A DNA stretch of 64,000 nt from the human T2T-CHM13v2.0 reference genome, Homo sapiens, in NCBI RefSeq assembly GCF_009914755.1, contig NC_060936.1. One strand, 5' to 3'. The position numbers were made by a program, and so were the translations under genes. The stretch's first letter is position 1; every line of letters starts with the position of its first letter. Below the pieces are notes generated by a model. It was not told the origin of the DNA. It saw nothing but the letters and a program-made list of their open reading frames with translations, and searched no databases. Positions 60,450-64,000 of the stretch are shown here, one piece after another.

Positions 60450-61017
60450 TGAAGAAGAAGAATAGGGTCTGGAGGCAGGGAACCTAAGGCTGATTCATGC
60501 TGACTTCTAGAACTAAATCAAAAGGAAAACCCCAACTTTCCACGCTCAAGGAACAAAAGGATCAGAGGCTACTCCCTTTGTAACCTCCACCCTTTCTGCA
60601 TTGCAGATGAAAAATGGAAAGTACCTCTGATTGGTCCTCTCCTGAAACCAATCAGATTGGTTGTGACCTCGTCTTCATTTGCATAGCGGTATAACTTTGT
60701 AACATCAGCCTCTGATTGGTAGCCTTCCCAGACGAATTAGACTGGTTGTGGGCCACTCCTTCATTCACATAGGGTGTAAACTAAATAGCCAATGGGAAAC
60801 CTCTAGAGAGTATTTAAACCCAGAAAATTCTGTAACCAATGCTCTTGAGTCGCTTGCTTGAGTCTGCTCCCATTCTGTGGAGTTTACTTTTGTTTCAGTA
60901 AATCTGTGCTTTTGTTGTTTCATTCCTTCATTGCTTTGTTTGTATGTTTTGTCCAATTCTTTGCTCAAAACGCCAAGAACCTGGACAACTCATATTCAAG
61001 ATCCTCCACCAGTAACA
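60450..61017 (+). mobile_element. MER51 solo LTR (ERV1)
   Basis: gaatagggtctggaggcagggaacctaagg...aaggaaaaccccaactttcca; caaaacgccaagaacctggaca...gtaaca end. Confidence 0.9.
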
Positions 61018-61391
61018 AAGCCATTGCCTAGTTACGCTCACAAAGAATGGTGTTGACTTGCAAGCAACTACCTCTGTGTCTTCTTTGCTCTCTGGGTGGG
61101 GTTCAGGGCTTGATATCCTTTGTGGAAAATAAAGGCATCTCATCTTACTAGCAGAAGGCTGAACCACTGTGGGTGATCTAAGTGCTGTTTGGCAATACTT
61201 TGGAAAGATAACAGTGGTTATGATATACTATCTTTATGACAGATTTCTCAGGGTCCCCAAAATTCTAACACTCTTTAAAAAAAAAATCAAAAATAAGCCT
61301 GGGAGAAAAAAAGGGAATTGCTCCTAATTGTGACAAGGTCTTAAAGCAGGGATTTGGAAACCTAGTCCTCTCACTTCTAAGCTGGGCAACA

Positions 61392-61485
61392 TTTTTTTCT
61401 CCTTTCTTTTCTTTTCTTTCTTTCTTTCTCTTTTTCCTTCCTTTCTTCCTTCCTTCCTTCCTTTTCTTTCTTTCTTTTTTTTTTT
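61392..61485. repeat. (TTTC/TTCC)n polypyrimidine tract
   Basis: Seen directly. Confidence 0.9.
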
Positions 61486-62814
61486 GTTAAGTAATTTTCC
61501 TAGAAATCTGTAAAAGCTTTAGTCAGACTGCTACAGCCTGGTGTTTCATCAAGCTATCTTCCACTTTGCCAGTATCTGGGTTGCTGAGAAGGTGAAGTGA
61601 TCAGAAGTAAATTTAAAGAAAATAATCCCATAATCTATATCTGTTTAGGAATCTGTGCAGCAACCCAGAATTTCATTTATGTTACATAAGGAACTTTGGC
61701 CACTAAATACCTCTGAAAGAGTTTTATGTTAGTTCAATTAAATGGCATGTGTAGTGAGGGTAAAATTTCATTAAAAACTCTTGTTTTAGTGATTTTCATC
61801 ATTTGGTACTTGATTTTCAGGGCAGTATTTTGTTAAAATAAAATCCTAGTGTTTAAATACCTAGCCCTTCAATATGAGGGGCTTAAAACTCTTCTCTTTG
61901 CTTCTTGGGTAACTGATACTTAGCATTTCCTACAATATTCACAGGCTTTGGATAGTATTGACATAAGCAAAAAAAAAAATAAAGGCCATTAGCTTGACTA
62001 AGGGAGGGAGGTGGACAGAACAAAATGGCTCTGCAACATACCAGTTACATCACTCTAGGCAAATGATATAATCCGTCTGATCCTTAGTTTTCTTATCTGT
62101 AAAATTGGATAATAATAATAATAATAACAGTATCTTCCTCAGGAAAGTTTAAGGGTAATAGGTAATATTCAAAAAGAATATGAATAATACTTGAATATTG
62201 TAAGAGCTTAGTTAACAGAAACTATTATTATTTTAAAATAAAAAGCCTGCTTAGAATTATGCCCCCTCCATCCTGCTAGGTATATTGGCTGGGGCCACAT
62301 AATCGGCACTGAGTATTCATAAAATTGAACTGCCTGCCCAAACGCCTTTTCCCTCATACTTTGCCTTTAACATTTATTTGTAATATTTCCAAAAATAGCT
62401 TTGTCTTCATGCTTACCATCATGAGATAATCTCAGACTCTCACAATCTCTCTCTGGGGCTGCCAGACTCTTCTCCCTCCAATCTATATCCCAAAACTCAC
62501 ACAGAAAACTCTTTGTAAAGCTCAGCTTTGATCATGGTACCCTCCTTGCTTGATGCTGTTGACTGGCTTCCCTTCCTCACTCAAGCCTTGACCTAGTATC
62601 CAAGGCCTTTCCTCTCCTTCTGCATCATCCTGTGCCTGGTGGCCCTTTCTCCAGCAGTATCAAGCTTTATAATTTTCTTGAAGGGCAAATCTGTTTTCCG
62701 CTTTTGCACAGTTCGCTGTCATGCCTGGGTGGCTTCTCCATTTTCATTGGTCTGAGAAACTCCAACTCACCATTGAAAAATCAGATCAAGCTCCCTCCTC
62801 TGTGACGGGTCCTT

Positions 62815-63290
62815 AATATGGGGCCTGTAAACTTGGATGAAAAGAAAATTACATCTCTATTTCATTAACCTTTTACTGAAATTTAGCATTTCCTTCAGTT
62901 AGGAAGGTAGGCAGTAAACTACTGGCAACAACAGAAGTCACATATTTTCATATCCCATTAAGGTAGTTGCAGAAATCTCCAAATACCATTTACATTCACT
63001 ATGGTGTTGAAACTATGGTATTAGACTTGCGGCTATATTTGTTACTTAATGTGTTAATAAAGAAGTACATACATTACTATTTAATAACTTTATTTTTTAA
63101 AGTATTCTGGCAACTGTATTTCAATATAATTGATTTGCCTTGTACTTTTATATAACAAGTTTATTTTTAAAAGTATTCTGGCACCTGTATTTCAATATAA
63201 TTGAGTTGCTTTGTACTTTTATAAAATTTATTTTATGCAGTTAAAGAACACTATAAAAGGATCCAAAATAATGAGAATTTTAAGGACTCT
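62815..63290. mobile_element. hAT-Charlie fossil with a 71-bp-period internal duplication (63089-63223), inside L2 relics
   Basis: aacttggatgaaaagaaaattacatct motif; agtattctggca..tgtatttcaatataattga repeated. Confidence 0.55.
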
Positions 63291-64000
63291 CATGTAGGAA
63301 GCCTTCTGTCATGGCCCTGGGGAAATGAATTATGCCAGGTCATGCTCTGATACATCTATCAGCCTTCATTACACTGTTTTGCAATTACGTATCTGCATTT
63401 TTCTCCCTCATAGCTGTGAGCTCCATGAGGAGGAAGGCTGTTTTTTTTGTTGTTGTTTGTTTGTTTTTAAATCTCAATACCCCAGCCTACTGCAACTTTC
63501 AAAAATGTTTATTAAAATAATTAACTACAAATGTGCATAAATGTTTTTTCTAAAGTACTATATTCTTCGATTTCCTAAGCTGTATAGAACTTACACAATT
63601 GCAGACTTTCAGCTACTAAAACCAGGTTGTTCAGGATACATTATTTCATTGTTCTAGTCTTCTAATTTAATCAATATACAATCTGGATGTTACAGTTGAA
63701 GAGACATGTGACCTATATTTTTTGGTATTTATTTACTTACTAATATTAGGAAAACACTATCTTATTAGCACCACACAACAATCTAAAAGAGTCACTGAGG
63801 GATGGCCTAAACACTATGTGACCTGTTTTATGCCCAGAGACCTGCAGGCTTGAACTGCTGGGTCTACTAGCATGCCCATAGAAGGTATTGCTAATCATGC
63901 TGTAGCCATGAGTAGAAGTAAACTTTGAAGAAACAAAGGCTTGGATGCTTCCTAAATCACCAACTCTTGGATAGCAACAAGGTGTTGCCAAATTTTGCCA

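Overview
Human genomic DNA: AT-rich, repeat-dense and intronic or intergenic. I can support no host protein-coding gene, RNA gene or CRISPR array. The only long ORFs are L1 ORF2 remnants. The window holds L1s of many ages (one L1HS-Ta, several L1PA, old L1M), about 10 Alu/FLAM elements, solo LTRs (MER57, MER51, MER39-like, MST, MLT1), DNA-transposon fossils (Tigger/MER8, MER33, two MADE1, MER58, MER91) and L2/MIR. The main observation is one human-specific L1HS-Ta apparently split into two colinear, same-strand pieces (1-345 and 8235-9159). They are separated by 7,889 bp of much older genomic DNA, with only about 20 bp of L1 missing and no TSD or poly(A) at the junctions. Other observations: a self-homogenised MADE1 hairpin, an old dispersed duplication of about 140 bp, a CpG-retaining exon-like island, and several local palindromes and tandem repeats. 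Repeat subfamily names come from recalled consensus sequences, not a database search, and boundaries of old repeats are approximate.
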